This document shows positions 28,706 to 39,650 of a stretch of DNA of 64,000 nt, one piece after another. The translations under genes were made by a program, and so were the position numbers. A model generated the notes under the pieces. That model saw nothing but the letters and a program-made list of their open reading frames with translations. It searched no databases and had not been told where the DNA came from. Source of the DNA: Spirulina sp. (GTDB taxonomy: Bacteria > Cyanobacteriota > Cyanobacteriia > Phormidesmidales > Phormidesmidaceae); NCBI GenBank assembly GCA_044070495.1, contig JBIPSI010000015.1, positions 1 to 64,000 of the forward strand, read 5' to 3'. Positions within the stretch are counted from its first letter, which is position 1. Each line of letters starts with the position of its first letter.

Positions 28706-29638
28706 ATGAATATCCAGTACTTTCTCGAACTGTACGAAGCTGGCTACCGAGATTTTGTCGGCATTCAGTTGGCTAGCGTGGACTTGACCCATCACATTTT
28801 GGTGGGGGTTAACCTCAGCCGCTCCAGCCTGAAGGGGGCCAACCTGAGCCGATCCTTTTTAACCCAGGCCAGCCTTGATGGGGCTAAGGCCAACTGGGCC
28901 AACTTTAGCTTTGCCAAAATGAGTGAAGCGAGCCTGGTGGGGGCCGATCTCACCAAGGTAAGTTTGCGGGGGGCGTTTCTGGTGCGGGCCGATCTTCGCC
29001 GTGCCCAGCTTAGCGGGGCCGATCTGTGCCATGTCAACCTTCGCAATGCCAACCTGGCAGGGGCGAACCTGTGCGGCGCAAACCTCAGTGGGGCCAACCT
29101 GCGCGGGGCCAACCTGCGGGAGGCCAACCTAGCCTGGGCCCACCTCAGCGGAGTACGCCTCAGCGGGGCTGATTTAGACCACACCTGCCTTGCCGCCGTT
29201 AACCTAGAGGGAGCCTGGCTCAACGGGGTTGACCTCAGTGGGCTGGATCTATCGGGCGTGAACCTCAAGGATGCCAAGCTGAATGGGGCCAACCTCGACC
29301 ACACGAATCTCAGTACCGCCAACCTGTCCCACACCACCATGCGCGGCGTTTCCATGGTGGGGGCCAATCTCTACAATGCCAACCTCACGGGGGCGGTGTT
29401 GTGGCATGGCAACCTCGATCAAGTCAACCTGTCCCGCGCCGACCTCACCCGTGCCCACCTAGGGGAGGCCTCCCTAAACTCAGCCTGTGTGGAGGGCACC
29501 GAATTCACCGAGTCGGTGCTGCCCGCCGAATCTAGGGCCTATCTCTACGCCGCCGTCCATGGCGAAACCCGCTGGACTCACCGTCCGGCCAAGGAAACCC
29601 TAGATCACTCCCTGTTTATCGACAAACTGCTGACCTAG
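28706..29638 (+). CDS. Pentapeptide repeat protein
   Basis: Long A(N/D)Lxx repeats after LELYEAGYRDF; start estimated. Confidence 0.9.
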   Translation: MNIQYFLELYEAGYRDFVGIQLASVDLTHHILVGVNLSRSSLKGANLSRSFLTQASLDGAKANWANFSFAKMSEASLVGADLTKVSLRGAFLVRADLRRAQLSGADLCHVNLRNANLAGANLCGANLSGANLRGANLREANLAWAHLSGVRLSGADLDHTCLAAVNLEGAWLNGVDLSGLDLSGVNLKDAKLNGANLDHTNLSTANLSHTTMRGVSMVGANLYNANLTGAVLWHGNLDQVNLSRADLTRAHLGEASLNSACVEGTEFTESVLPAESRAYLYAAVHGETRWTHRPAKETLDHSLFIDKLLT

Positions 29639-29677
29639 GGGTGTACGTCGGACAGGCTTCGGCTAGTCTAACTCCCT

Positions 29678-29794
29678 CTAAAGCAGGTGTTGACTGTGGA
29701 GAAAGAAGTAGGCTAAGCGGGCCAAGCTGAGGCCAATAAAGGCCATCAGGATAATGGCCGTAGCGACGCTGACAATCTCACGCAGGGTCTTCAT
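29678..29794 (-). CDS. Possible 38-aa single-TM small protein
   Basis: MKTLREIVSVATAIILMAFIGLSLARLAYFFLHSQHLL fills the intergenic gap. Confidence 0.4.
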   Translation of the reverse strand: MKTLREIVSVATAIILMAFIGLSLARLAYFFLHSQHLL

Positions 29795-29878
29795 CAAACT
29801 TGGTAAGGCGGTAGGGTGAACTGGTATGGTCTGAAGTGATATTGTCTCGTCTTTTGGGCGATTGCCTGCCCCTTGCCC

Positions 29879-31042
29879 ATGAATCGTCGCATTTTTTTAG
29901 CGAGTACCCTTGGCCTCACCCTGTCTAGTTTGGCCGCTGGGTGTCAGCGCCCCTGGTCGGGGGATTTAGGGATTGCCGCCCTAGCCGAATCCGTACCAGG
30001 GCAGCTCGTGCAAGCGTTTCAACGTCAGGCTCAGCAGGCCCAGGCGGGGCAAGTCTCGGTGGTGGCTAAGGACTCCCTGATCGACCTCTATCGGCTACTG
30101 CAAACGTGGCATCAGCAGGCCGAAAAATCCTCCGAGGAGGGCGCTTCGGACTCTCAAAACACGGCCTCCAGAACGGCCCAGTGGGTTACCCAGGCCGATA
30201 CCTGGCTAGCCCCAGCCATTCAACAGAGACTCCTTCAGCCCATTCCCACCGATGCCCTAGACCGCTGGCCCCAACTGCCCGAACCCTGGCCTGCCCTCGT
30301 GCGGCGCAATGCCCAGGGCCAAGCCGATAGCGGGGGCGATGTCTGGGGGATTCCCTACCGCTGGACGCCCCTGGCGATTCTCTATGACCAGCGCAGTCTT
30401 GGCGCAACTGCCGATCCCATTCAAGGGTGGGACGATCTGCGGCGACCGGAATGGAACCAGCGGCTGATGCTGCCCGACGACGAACGTCTGGTGATTGGCC
30501 TTGCCCTGAAGGCTCTGGGAACCTCGGCCAATGCCTCCGACCTTGCGGCGGTTTCGGGGTTAGAGGACTTCCTAGCCCAACTCCATCGCCAAGTGCGCTG
30601 GTACAACGCCACCCACACCCTCAAAGCCCTGGTGATCGGGGATGCCGCTGCTACGGTGGGGTGGCTCGATGCCCTGCTGCCCATCGCCCAACGGTATCGC
30701 CACCTGCGCTTGGTCATTCCCGACGAAGGCACCCTTGCCAGCGCCGATCTGTGGGTGAGGCCCAGCGTCGCCCCCGATCCTAGCCCTCTGGCTATGGATT
30801 GGCTCAACTTCTGCCTCAGCGAAACGTTTACCGAACAAATGGCCATCTACGGCCCAGGGCTAACCCCCTGGCACTGGGGCGCGGCGGCGGCGGATCTGCC
30901 ACCCACCTTTCAGCCAGCGGCGGGGCTGCTAGAGCGCACCACCGGGCTGGCCAACAGCGAATTTCTGCTTCCCCTCGATCCGTCTGCCCAAGCCCAATTC
31001 ACCGATCTTTGGCGGAGACTCCGCACCGGGGCAATGGGCTAA
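29879..31042 (+). CDS. PotD/PotF-like ABC substrate-binding lipoprotein
   Basis: MNRRIFL...LAAGC Tat/lipobox; WGIPYRW, GWDDL and IPDEGT. Confidence 0.8.
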   Translation: MNRRIFLASTLGLTLSSLAAGCQRPWSGDLGIAALAESVPGQLVQAFQRQAQQAQAGQVSVVAKDSLIDLYRLLQTWHQQAEKSSEEGASDSQNTASRTAQWVTQADTWLAPAIQQRLLQPIPTDALDRWPQLPEPWPALVRRNAQGQADSGGDVWGIPYRWTPLAILYDQRSLGATADPIQGWDDLRRPEWNQRLMLPDDERLVIGLALKALGTSANASDLAAVSGLEDFLAQLHRQVRWYNATHTLKALVIGDAAATVGWLDALLPIAQRYRHLRLVIPDEGTLASADLWVRPSVAPDPSPLAMDWLNFCLSETFTEQMAIYGPGLTPWHWGAAAADLPPTFQPAAGLLERTTGLANSEFLLPLDPSAQAQFTDLWRRLRTGAMG

Positions 31043-31045
31043 ATC

Positions 31046-31102
31046 CTGGTTGCCTGACCAAGGATTCTCCACTGGGCACGGAAACCGCGCCCCTACCGTA
31101 TT
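31046..31102 (-). repeat. Half copy of the 1741-1870 element
   Basis: Reverse complement AATACGGTAGGGGCGCGGTTTCCGTGCCC...GTCAGGCAACCAG matches 1814-1870. Confidence 0.75.
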
Positions 31103-31114
31103 GGAATTCTGGCC

Positions 31115-32047
31115 CTAGCTACCCGCCACCTTGGTTTCGATCACCTGGGTGAGGCTGACCCAGGTGCCCCGTTCGTCGTAGGTGCGAATCAGCCGATGGC
31201 GTAGGGTGGGGGTGATCAGCCAACCCAGTTCCAAAAAGAAGGGTTGCCCCGGCACGATGGCTGTGGGAAACGTGGCCGACGCACCACCGGGCAAAAGCAG
31301 CACGGTGACGGGCTGAGGGCCTTGGCTAAACTGAAGGGTGGATCCCACTCGCTGCCCCTGACTGCTCAAGGTGGGGCCAGGATGGAGGCTGAGGGTTTGG
31401 GTGACGGTGGTGGCATCGGCGGTGGCCAACACCAGGCGGCTGGAGAGGGAGGTATCCGGCTGATAGTCGGGGTAAACCGTTGTGACTTGGCCTTCCCAAG
31501 TTCCTAACAGTTGATCCACCGAGAGGGGAGAACGCAGCCCAGGCCGCTGCCCCTGTAAGTGTTCTCGGATCAGCGTTAGCGAACCTAAACTAGCCTGTCG
31601 AGGGAAAATCTGGGCAATCCGCAGCCGTTCGTGGCCGTAGATTAAGCCCAGTTCCGCCCCAAATTCGCTCACAGGACTCCACTGAATCGACCCCTGGGAA
31701 AAGGCTCCGTCCTCACAGAACAACACTCCTCGCCCTAGGGATCGGTATTCCAGCACGGTTTCCTGCATCGGCTGTCCTGGGGGCCACTTGCGGATCTCCT
31801 GGCGCATCTGGTTGCCGTCCTGCTGGGCAGTCAGGGACACCTCCGTTGGAACATCGTCCTGGAGGGCACCCGTCGGGGAAACCTGGGTAAACGACCCGAC
31901 CCATACGCCCTGATTCTTGAGTAATCGTTCCCACTGTGAGGCCAACGGTCTAGCTCCTTGCCTGTGTCTACGTTCTGGGGTGGACAGTTCTGGGGTGGAC
32001 AAATCTGGGGTGGATGTCTGGGATGGACAAAAGATCCGTAAAAACAC
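31115..32047 (-). CDS. DUF3598-like protein
   Basis: SQWERLLKNQGVWVGSFT...RLIRTYD; the true start may lie downstream. Confidence 0.75.
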   Translation of the reverse strand: MFLRIFCPSQTSTPDLSTPELSTPERRHRQGARPLASQWERLLKNQGVWVGSFTQVSPTGALQDDVPTEVSLTAQQDGNQMRQEIRKWPPGQPMQETVLEYRSLGRGVLFCEDGAFSQGSIQWSPVSEFGAELGLIYGHERLRIAQIFPRQASLGSLTLIREHLQGQRPGLRSPLSVDQLLGTWEGQVTTVYPDYQPDTSLSSRLVLATADATTVTQTLSLHPGPTLSSQGQRVGSTLQFSQGPQPVTVLLLPGGASATFPTAIVPGQPFFLELGWLITPTLRHRLIRTYDERGTWVSLTQVIETKVAGS

Positions 32048-32210
32048 CCATCAACTTTGGGGATGCTTTTCCCTGATTCCTTGGTTCACCCCTGCATATC
32101 CTAGTCAGAAGTGTCTAAGGTCAGAATCTTCGCCTGTGTTTTGGTCGAGGTTCTGCCCCTCCGGCCCATGCGCTGTGGCTTGTTATCCACAACCATAGGC
32201 CATATCCGGG

Positions 32211-34460
32211 ATGTCCACCACGCCCTCCAGCCCTAACGAGATGTTTGGTATGTCTAATCTTGATACCGGATCGCCAGATGTGACCGTCCCATTCCCCTTG
32301 TCCATGGCGGATCTACCGGGGGCCAACCCTGGCCTAGGACTCGAACCCAGGCATGACCTCCCTGGGGGATCCGAGGGGGCCTGGTGGGCGACGGAGGCAG
32401 CGGTGATTGTCCCGTCGCAAGTCTCACCCGTGGCCCTTGGGGAGGGTGTTCTGGCCGATTTCGTGAATTCATTTTCCTGGCTATCGCCCCTAGAGGGTCA
32501 GACCGATGATCAGGGGCTGGCTTGGGGGCTGTCCGCCGCCGAGGCGTTAGGTCAATCTCAGCTAACGATTCCAGCCGGACTAGCCCCAGCGGTTGATGCG
32601 GCCATCACCCATCTCGCCCAGTTTCGGCAAACGGATACCTGGGCCACCGATCTAACCCTGGCCTTTGGCGATGAGTGGGAGGTTGGCCACGCCGAGCACT
32701 GGTTGGATAGTCTTCTGCAAGCCTCCGCTTGGCCCACCATCACCCTGCTGCCCCTGGCCGATCTCAAGGCCTACGGGGCCTACGCCCCCGACCTAGATCG
32801 CCTGTTCCTAGCCCAGGAGGTGGTGGATTCTCCGGCCCTCCATTCCCTGGCGGTTGATGTGCTGCTGGAGGAGGTGGGGCACTGGCTGGATCATCGGCTT
32901 AACCCCACCGATTCCCCTGGAGATGAAGGGGAACGCTTCAGCGCCCTGGTTCAGCAGCGGGTTCTGCCACCCTCAGAAATCGCTCCCATCCAGGCCGAGA
33001 ACGACTGGGCTACCCTGGTTTGGCAGGGGCAGACCTGGGCTGTGGAACAATCGGCGGCCCCTGGAATCTTCACCGTCGGAGCCTCTGGCCAAGTGAATGT
33101 GGAGTTTCTCTTTGATAGCGGCGCGTACCAAGGGGAAGTGGGGATATTCAGCCTGACGGGCCTGGAGACCCTCGCACCTGGATCGCCAGAGTTCATTGCC
33201 GCCGCCGTGCAGCGTGCCCTCAGCAACTCTAGCCAGGGCCGTGTGGTGATTTCTACCGCTGGCGAAGGGGCCAGCCTGAGTGGCGAACTGGGGGAGCGCA
33301 ACTACAACGCGGGGACTTCCCTAGGGCCAAAGTCCTTCGCCTTTCAGCCCAACGATACCCTGGCGCTCATCTTGGTGCCCAATGGTACCTTCCAAGCCGT
33401 GGCCAGCAACCCCGCTGTTGAGGGTAATCTTCGCCCCCTCTTTTCCCTCGCCGCCGCCAATCCCCTCGGTCGCGATCACTACGGGGCGATGACCACCAAC
33501 GCCAACGGCCTAGTTCTGGGCCTTGAGGATCTACGCTTCGATGGCAACTCCGATGCCGACTTTAACGATGTCATCCTCAAAATCGAAGGCATCACGGGGC
33601 AGCTTCCCGCCCTCGATAGCCTGGTGCAAAGTCGCCAAACCTGGCTGACCAGCCCCCTCGGTCGCGATCTGTTTAGCATCACCCCCATCAATCCCGTTGA
33701 CCCTAGCGATCCTGGGACGCCTGATCCCCCTGGGACACCCCTGCCCCCGGTTGCTCCCCTACCGCCTACCCCTGGCCTCACCGTCGCCATCAATTCAGAG
33801 GTCGTGAAGTTCTCTCCTGGCGTTACCGAAGCCCAACTCATCGCCAGCGGGGCCGCCCGTATTAGCCTCGGTAGCCAAACCCTCTACATTGGTACGGATC
33901 AGGTCTCAGCCATTAATCAAAACCCGATCCTGGCCAGCTTCGATGCCGTGAACCCTGCCAACAACTGGATCCGCGCCGACTATGAAGCCACCGGAGCCGA
34001 TGGTCGCGGCAATGGCTTGGCCGTTACTCCCTCCGGGGAAGTCTATGCCTTCTTCTCCGTCGATGGCACCCAAGGCACTCCCGATCAAGATTTCCGTCGT
34101 GCCAGCACCGCCGCCGAACAAGCCTGGTTGCGGAGCTACGGCCAGGGCGGTGGGCCAAAGGTATCAGTGATTGGCAAAATTGATCCCGCCACGGGCAGCC
34201 TCGTCGCCGCCGCCTACCTGTCGGCCATCCTCAGCAATGGCAACAGCAACAGCCTCACGATCACCGGATTAGCGGTGCAGCCCAACGGCAATTTGCGAAT
34301 CAGCGCCCAGTCCTTCTTTGCCCCCCGGCAGCCCAATGGTCAGGCCATGATCCTAGACAGCGACCCCACCACCCCAGACACCTCTCCCTTCCCCTACTTC
34401 ATCGAGATCACCCCTGACCTCAGACGCGTGGTCAGCACCGCTGCCGTGGGGTGGATTTAA
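32211..34460 (+). CDS. Large protein with LLEEVGH metallopeptidase-like segment and DUF4114-like domain
   Basis: VLLEEVGHWLD..DSPGDEG and GLEDLRFDGNSDADFND; start uncertain. Confidence 0.7.
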   Translation: MSTTPSSPNEMFGMSNLDTGSPDVTVPFPLSMADLPGANPGLGLEPRHDLPGGSEGAWWATEAAVIVPSQVSPVALGEGVLADFVNSFSWLSPLEGQTDDQGLAWGLSAAEALGQSQLTIPAGLAPAVDAAITHLAQFRQTDTWATDLTLAFGDEWEVGHAEHWLDSLLQASAWPTITLLPLADLKAYGAYAPDLDRLFLAQEVVDSPALHSLAVDVLLEEVGHWLDHRLNPTDSPGDEGERFSALVQQRVLPPSEIAPIQAENDWATLVWQGQTWAVEQSAAPGIFTVGASGQVNVEFLFDSGAYQGEVGIFSLTGLETLAPGSPEFIAAAVQRALSNSSQGRVVISTAGEGASLSGELGERNYNAGTSLGPKSFAFQPNDTLALILVPNGTFQAVASNPAVEGNLRPLFSLAAANPLGRDHYGAMTTNANGLVLGLEDLRFDGNSDADFNDVILKIEGITGQLPALDSLVQSRQTWLTSPLGRDLFSITPINPVDPSDPGTPDPPGTPLPPVAPLPPTPGLTVAINSEVVKFSPGVTEAQLIASGAARISLGSQTLYIGTDQVSAINQNPILASFDAVNPANNWIRADYEATGADGRGNGLAVTPSGEVYAFFSVDGTQGTPDQDFRRASTAAEQAWLRSYGQGGGPKVSVIGKIDPATGSLVAAAYLSAILSNGNSNSLTITGLAVQPNGNLRISAQSFFAPRQPNGQAMILDSDPTTPDTSPFPYFIEITPDLRRVVSTAAVGWI

Positions 34461-34665
34461 AGCACCAGCCCTAACGCTACGGAATCACGACACCCCCTAG
34501 AATCCCTCGCCTTAGGCCACATCCGCACCCCAGACCTCCGATTCCCAAAAGGCAGGCTGTAGGCACGGCACAGTCTACACGGCTATACGTCGGCAACCCC
34601 CTGATCGGTGGGATGAGCCGCAAGGCACCGCTGGGGAATTGGGTGTAGCCAGGCCGGATTTCGTA

Positions 34666-36918
34666 TTAGAAATAGAGCAGTAGATTAAGGCCGGGGATGG
34701 TGCGGGAGAGCGTCCAGAGTAGTAGGGCGGTGTAGAGCAGCCCTAGGCCCCATTGATACCAGACCAAGGCGGTGACCAGACCGGGAACGTTTTGGTCGCG
34801 TAGGCGGATGTCGTTGAAGCCGAATTTGAGCCAGTTGTTGAGGCTGAAGTCGAGATAATTCAGCCAGTTCCAGCGGCGGTCTAGGAGGATGGGGGTGTAG
34901 CGATCTTTGAAAAAGGGAAATTTGGGAATCACAGGCAGGCGGGCGATCAGGAGGCGCAGTTGGCGCATACTGCCGTCTTCTAGCAGGTAGCTTTCGTGAA
35001 TTTGGTCGTGGAAGCGGCCTTGTTTGAGCAGGAGGGCGATCAGCAGCAGGGGCACCGGGAAGATCAGCAGCCCTAGGCATAGCAGGGTGAACTGGGGATA
35101 GTCGGCGGAACGCAGCAGGTTATTCAGTCCCAGGATCAGCAGCAGGCCACCGCTTCCGCCTAACCACAATCCTTCACTGAGGGGCGGCAGAATGGGAGTG
35201 GGCGTGCGACGACGGTAGCGATCCACAAACCAAACCATGGCGGCAAAGACGGGAATGGTCACTAGACCGATGCCGAAGATCAGCCCAAAGCTGGTGCCAT
35301 AGTGGCTAAGCACAATCAACACCGCTAGGATGACCCACCGTAGGGCAAGGGTCAATCGTCCCCCCAGGGCGTTTTGGCGGCGCGTTAGAACGTGGTCTCG
35401 CACCTTGACGTAGGCCGCGAGGTCGATACCTTTGACGTTCAGGATATCGTCCACCCCTAGAAAGGGTTTTTCCTGGCGATAGGCAATGAGGGCCGCTGCC
35501 TGGGATTCTTTAAATCCAGCCTTGATCAGGGCCGCTAGGGAGGCATGGTTGAGGTCGGCTCCGATCAGTTGGCGCTGCCAGTCCTTGAGGCGTAGGCGTT
35601 CGGTGGTGTAGGCGATGCGGTTGGCGTCGCTGATTTGTTCCAACTGGCGGAAGTTGCGCTCTAGGTTGCGCAGCAGGGTTTCGTTGCCAGCCAACTGCGG
35701 TACCGAAAAGGCTCGTCCGATGCGCCCTGGGCTGCCCAGAATGCGGGTCTGCTCGACGCTAAATTCCATCCCGGCCACATTGAGGTAGGCGGTGGGCTGA
35801 AACAGGGTATCGCCAAAGTCGGCCTCTGGCCCCAGCAGCACGTTACGCAGATTGACGGGAGCACCAAACCGAGCCTGACGCAAAATGAGCGGCGCTTCAA
35901 AGCGGGCCTCGGTAAAGAAGAGGGCTTGGTCGAAGCGATCCCGCAGGAAAAAGGCGGTGCCCTGCCAGAGGGTGCGGGCAAAGTCGGCGGTGCCCTGCCA
36001 CTGGATGCGGCTAAAGTTCAAATCTCCCATCAACTGGCTGCCGCTGAAGTTGGCGTTGGTCTTAAATTCTGCCCCCTGAAAGTTGGCCCCCTGGCGAAAG
36101 AATCCCTGATCAAACCGGGCTGGGGCAAAGAAAATGGCGCTTTTGGCCTGTACCCGCCCCCGAAAGTCGGCCCCGACGAGGTTCACCTCTCGGTTAAACC
36201 GCGCCCCAGAGAGGTAGACCTCCTGATTAAACACCGCCCCCTGGGCCAAAATGCGTCCCAAAACGTAGGTTTCACCCGCCGTAAAGCTCCCCTCAAACCG
36301 GGTTTGCACCGCCAGCAACGGCCCTCGAACCAGGTAAATTTCCTGGGGGGTACTGTCGGCCTGAATCAGCAGCGATTGGGATAGGCGGCTCAGTTGGGAC
36401 AACCGCTGCCGATCCCGCTTCAGTTGCGACAGCCCCTCTGGACTGAGCAGGGGGGCTAGGGTTTCGCCGTAGAGGGGTTCCCGCTGGCCCAGTTGTTGCA
36501 GGTCAAAATCGCCCTGCACAATGGCATAGCTGAGGTCGAGGACGGGGGGCGTGGCGGGCCGCTGGAGGCCGTTGCTCAGCAGCCGATAGAAACTGGTGGC
36601 AAAGTCTGGGTCGGTTTTGAGGTCGATGGTGAAGGAGCGCAGATCAATTACCGTGCGCCCCTCCCGCTGTAGAGGATTAGCCACCCGCTGCCGCAACACC
36701 TCCGCCGTCAATACCGGATGGGCCGAGACCCCATTGGCCGCCATCGCCACGGGCATGAATAGCATTTGCCCCAGCAAAATCGCCATCGCCCCAAGCCCCA
36801 TCAGTGCCCCCAGTCGTAGGGGGCACGTCCGCACAAAGCGCCTAGGAAACCACGGCAAACCTAGGGGGAAACCTTGGGGAAAAACGGACACAGCAACAGA
36901 ACCGCAACGGGTGCCCAA
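34666..36918 (-). CDS. Pentapeptide-repeat membrane protein with HhH segment
   Basis: AxF repeats, a ComEA-like DLNHAS..DILNVKGI segment and C-terminal TMs; start uncertain. Confidence 0.75.
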   Translation of the reverse strand: MGTRCGSVAVSVFPQGFPLGLPWFPRRFVRTCPLRLGALMGLGAMAILLGQMLFMPVAMAANGVSAHPVLTAEVLRQRVANPLQREGRTVIDLRSFTIDLKTDPDFATSFYRLLSNGLQRPATPPVLDLSYAIVQGDFDLQQLGQREPLYGETLAPLLSPEGLSQLKRDRQRLSQLSRLSQSLLIQADSTPQEIYLVRGPLLAVQTRFEGSFTAGETYVLGRILAQGAVFNQEVYLSGARFNREVNLVGADFRGRVQAKSAIFFAPARFDQGFFRQGANFQGAEFKTNANFSGSQLMGDLNFSRIQWQGTADFARTLWQGTAFFLRDRFDQALFFTEARFEAPLILRQARFGAPVNLRNVLLGPEADFGDTLFQPTAYLNVAGMEFSVEQTRILGSPGRIGRAFSVPQLAGNETLLRNLERNFRQLEQISDANRIAYTTERLRLKDWQRQLIGADLNHASLAALIKAGFKESQAAALIAYRQEKPFLGVDDILNVKGIDLAAYVKVRDHVLTRRQNALGGRLTLALRWVILAVLIVLSHYGTSFGLIFGIGLVTIPVFAAMVWFVDRYRRRTPTPILPPLSEGLWLGGSGGLLLILGLNNLLRSADYPQFTLLCLGLLIFPVPLLLIALLLKQGRFHDQIHESYLLEDGSMRQLRLLIARLPVIPKFPFFKDRYTPILLDRRWNWLNYLDFSLNNWLKFGFNDIRLRDQNVPGLVTALVWYQWGLGLLYTALLLWTLSRTIPGLNLLLYF

Positions 36919-36964
36919 TCAGGATAGGTCAAGAATAACGCTGTGCCTAGCTAGGAACGGAGTG

Positions 36965-38272
36965 CTAGGAACGGGGTTCCAGACGTACCAAGCGACCATT
37001 GGGATCGTCGGTGAGCACGTAAAGGAAGCCATCTGGCCCTTGGCGCACATCCCGAACCCGTTGACCGATGGGGATCTGGCTTTGCGCGATCACCTGGCCC
37101 TGATCATCCACCTCAAGGCGCAGCACCGATTGAGATACCAACCCCCCTGCAAACAGATGCCCCTGCCATTGAGGATAGCGATCTCCCCGATACACCGCTA
37201 GGCCAGAGGGCGCAATGGCGGGCGTCCAATAGAGAACGGGATCGACCATGCCGGGGCGCGATACTTCGCTGGAAATGGGGCCGCCAGAATATTCTTCGCT
37301 GTAGGTGACCACGGGCCAGCCAAAGTTGCCGCCCGCCTGCAAGCGGTTCAGTTCGTCGCCCCCGCGTGAACCGTGCTCGGTGCTCCACAGTTGCCCCGTG
37401 ACCGGATCCAGCGCTACGCCCTGAATGTTGCGGTGGCCATAGCTCCACAGGGCGGGGGCGGCATCGGTCTGATCTACGGGCTGATTTACAGCCTGATCGA
37501 CAAAGGGGTTATCCGCCGGAATGGTGCCGTCCTCCTGAATCCGCACAATGCTGCCGAGGTGGCTTTGCCGATTTTGGGCCTGGTGCCGAATCAGTTCGCC
37601 ATCCAGCCGTAGGGGAGGGTTGCCACCATCGCCAACGGCCACCAGCAGCGTGCCATCGGGCAACCACAGCAGCCGAGAGCCGAAGTGCTGCCCCTGCTCC
37701 TTGTCGCGGTTGGTTTCAAAAATCACCGTCCAATTGGTGAAGGTCTGATCCTCCAGCCGCGCCCGCGCCACCCGCAGCCGATTGGCTTCCCTGGTGCCGT
37801 GGGCGTAGGCGAAATAGACCCAGTTGTTGGCCTCAAACTGAGGGTGGATGGCGATATCCAGCAGCCCACCCTGGCGTTCGGCCAGCACCGGGGCTACCCC
37901 CGCCAAGGGCACCGGATCTAGCACGCCATTCCGCACCCGCCGCACCCGGCCAGGCCGCTCGGTAATTAGCATGGTGCCATCGGGTAGCCACGCCATACCC
38001 CAAGGACGCTCCAGTCCCTCTAGCACCGTCACAGGCTCGACTTCGGTGGATACCAGAGGATTGGGGTCAGCCGCGATGGTGATCGGCGTTGGAGATGCTG
38101 GATTCGTGGCGGACTCTGGAGTGGGACTGGTCTCAGGTTCAACTTCGGATGGAGCCGTAGAGGCCGTATCTTCCGCCGAATCCACGGCATTTAATCCAGG
38201 GAATGCACATCCCCCCAACAGCAGCGCTAGAGCCAGGGCAAACGCCCCTTGCTGCAACCCTCGATCCGTCAT
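36965..38272 (-). CDS. PQQ-dependent sugar dehydrogenase (GSDH) lipoprotein
   Basis: LERPWGMAWLPDG, GGLLD, YGHRNIQG, EHGSRGGDELN and RVRDV. Confidence 0.9.
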   Translation of the reverse strand: MTDRGLQQGAFALALALLLGGCAFPGLNAVDSAEDTASTAPSEVEPETSPTPESATNPASPTPITIAADPNPLVSTEVEPVTVLEGLERPWGMAWLPDGTMLITERPGRVRRVRNGVLDPVPLAGVAPVLAERQGGLLDIAIHPQFEANNWVYFAYAHGTREANRLRVARARLEDQTFTNWTVIFETNRDKEQGQHFGSRLLWLPDGTLLVAVGDGGNPPLRLDGELIRHQAQNRQSHLGSIVRIQEDGTIPADNPFVDQAVNQPVDQTDAAPALWSYGHRNIQGVALDPVTGQLWSTEHGSRGGDELNRLQAGGNFGWPVVTYSEEYSGGPISSEVSRPGMVDPVLYWTPAIAPSGLAVYRGDRYPQWQGHLFAGGLVSQSVLRLEVDDQGQVIAQSQIPIGQRVRDVRQGPDGFLYVLTDDPNGRLVRLEPRS

Positions 38273-38350
38273 CGCAGGCGCACATCGACATTTCACCATG
38301 GGAAGTACCGCAGATTATCAACAGACCGCCAACAGAGCATTAACGCTTGG

Positions 38351-38935
38351 CTAGAGGAGCTTGGCGGTGGTTTGGGCCAGGGTAGCCCCCAAATTTAGGA
38401 TAGCGTGCCGCTGGGAATCGTCCGTGAGGTGGCCGTTTTCGTTGAACACCTGGTAGGCATTGGGTACCGCCTGCTGAGCGGGAATCACCAGCACCCCTAG
38501 GCCCGTCAAAATTTGGCGCAGGTGATTCAGCCCCCGCAATCCCCCCAATCCACCGGGGGAGGTGGCCATAATTGCCGCCGTTTTGCCCCCAAAGCAGCTC
38601 AGGGCCAAGGGCGCTTCCCCATTGTCGGGACGGGATGCCCAGTCGATCATATTTTTTAAGGCTCCGGTGAGGGAACCGTTGTATTCCGGCGAGGCGATCA
38701 AAAAGCCGTCCGCCGCCTGCATGAGCGCCTTGAGTTTTAAGACCGATTCGGGAAAGCCATGCTCGTCAAACCAGTCTTGGTCGTAGAGAGGCATGGGAAA
38801 GTCCTTGAGGTGCAGCGTGGTAACTTCGGCCCCGGCCTGGGCGGCCCCAGCGGCGGCGACTTGCACCAGCAGCGCATTCAGGGATTTTTTCCGCAAACTG
38901 CCCGAAAATGCCAGTAACTTGGGTTGACGGGTCAT
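38351..38935 (-). CDS. NADPH-dependent FMN reductase
   Basis: FSGSLRKKSLN and ASPEYNGSLTGALKNMIDW. Confidence 0.92.
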   Translation of the reverse strand: MTRQPKLLAFSGSLRKKSLNALLVQVAAAGAAQAGAEVTTLHLKDFPMPLYDQDWFDEHGFPESVLKLKALMQAADGFLIASPEYNGSLTGALKNMIDWASRPDNGEAPLALSCFGGKTAAIMATSPGGLGGLRGLNHLRQILTGLGVLVIPAQQAVPNAYQVFNENGHLTDDSQRHAILNLGATLAQTTAKLL

Positions 38936-39086
38936 TGAGATCGTCTCCTAAGCGAGATTGCAATCGAGAGAACAGCAGGTCAACCTCCCACAACGGAGAT
39001 GCCCCTAATGGACAAAACTTTTGAACCCAATCCTGAATTACACCCTCTTAGAGAGGAACTGGGGGTGAAGGCAAAGCGCCTTGCAC

Positions 39087-39650
39087 CTACACAAACAATT
39101 GGGCCATGGTCACTTGAAAACCGGGCAGCAGTGGTGTTGTAAGCGTGTCTTCTATTAACAGAGTATTGACCAGACAGAGTTGGGCCTCGGTGCGGCAATA
39201 TCGCTCCAGGGTTTGATGTTGCCAATTGACAACCCAATATTCCTGCACGCCGTAGCGAGAATACAGCTTGAGCTTCACCTCTTTATCCCGCTGCTCGTTT
39301 AGGGATCCAGGGGAAAGCACTTCTACCATCAGTTCTGGGACAGTGATCAAATGCCCCGCCTCATCCAGACCATTTGCAAGCCGCCCGTGGCTAATCCAAA
39401 CGACATCGGGAATCACGGCATCGGTGGGCGTAAAAATCACTCCCGGAGCTTGAAACGGCTTTCCCAACTGAGTTTGCCGCGACCAAGCCTCTAGCTCAAA
39501 GTGAATGTTTCCGCCTACGCCCTGATGGCGAAGGTGCGGTGCCCTGGTCACGGAGAGTTCTCCGTCAATAATTTCGTAACGCTTCCAGCCGCCGTCATCG
39601 GGCATGGCATCGAGGTCTCGTGTTGTCCAGCGCAGGGAAGGGGAAACCAT
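39087..39650 (-). CDS. Uma2 family endonuclease
   Basis: RYEIIDGEL, PDVVW, VEVLSP and GVQEYW. Confidence 0.92.
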   Translation of the reverse strand: MVSPSLRWTTRDLDAMPDDGGWKRYEIIDGELSVTRAPHLRHQGVGGNIHFELEAWSRQTQLGKPFQAPGVIFTPTDAVIPDVVWISHGRLANGLDEAGHLITVPELMVEVLSPGSLNEQRDKEVKLKLYSRYGVQEYWVVNWQHQTLERYCRTEAQLCLVNTLLIEDTLTTPLLPGFQVTMAQLFV

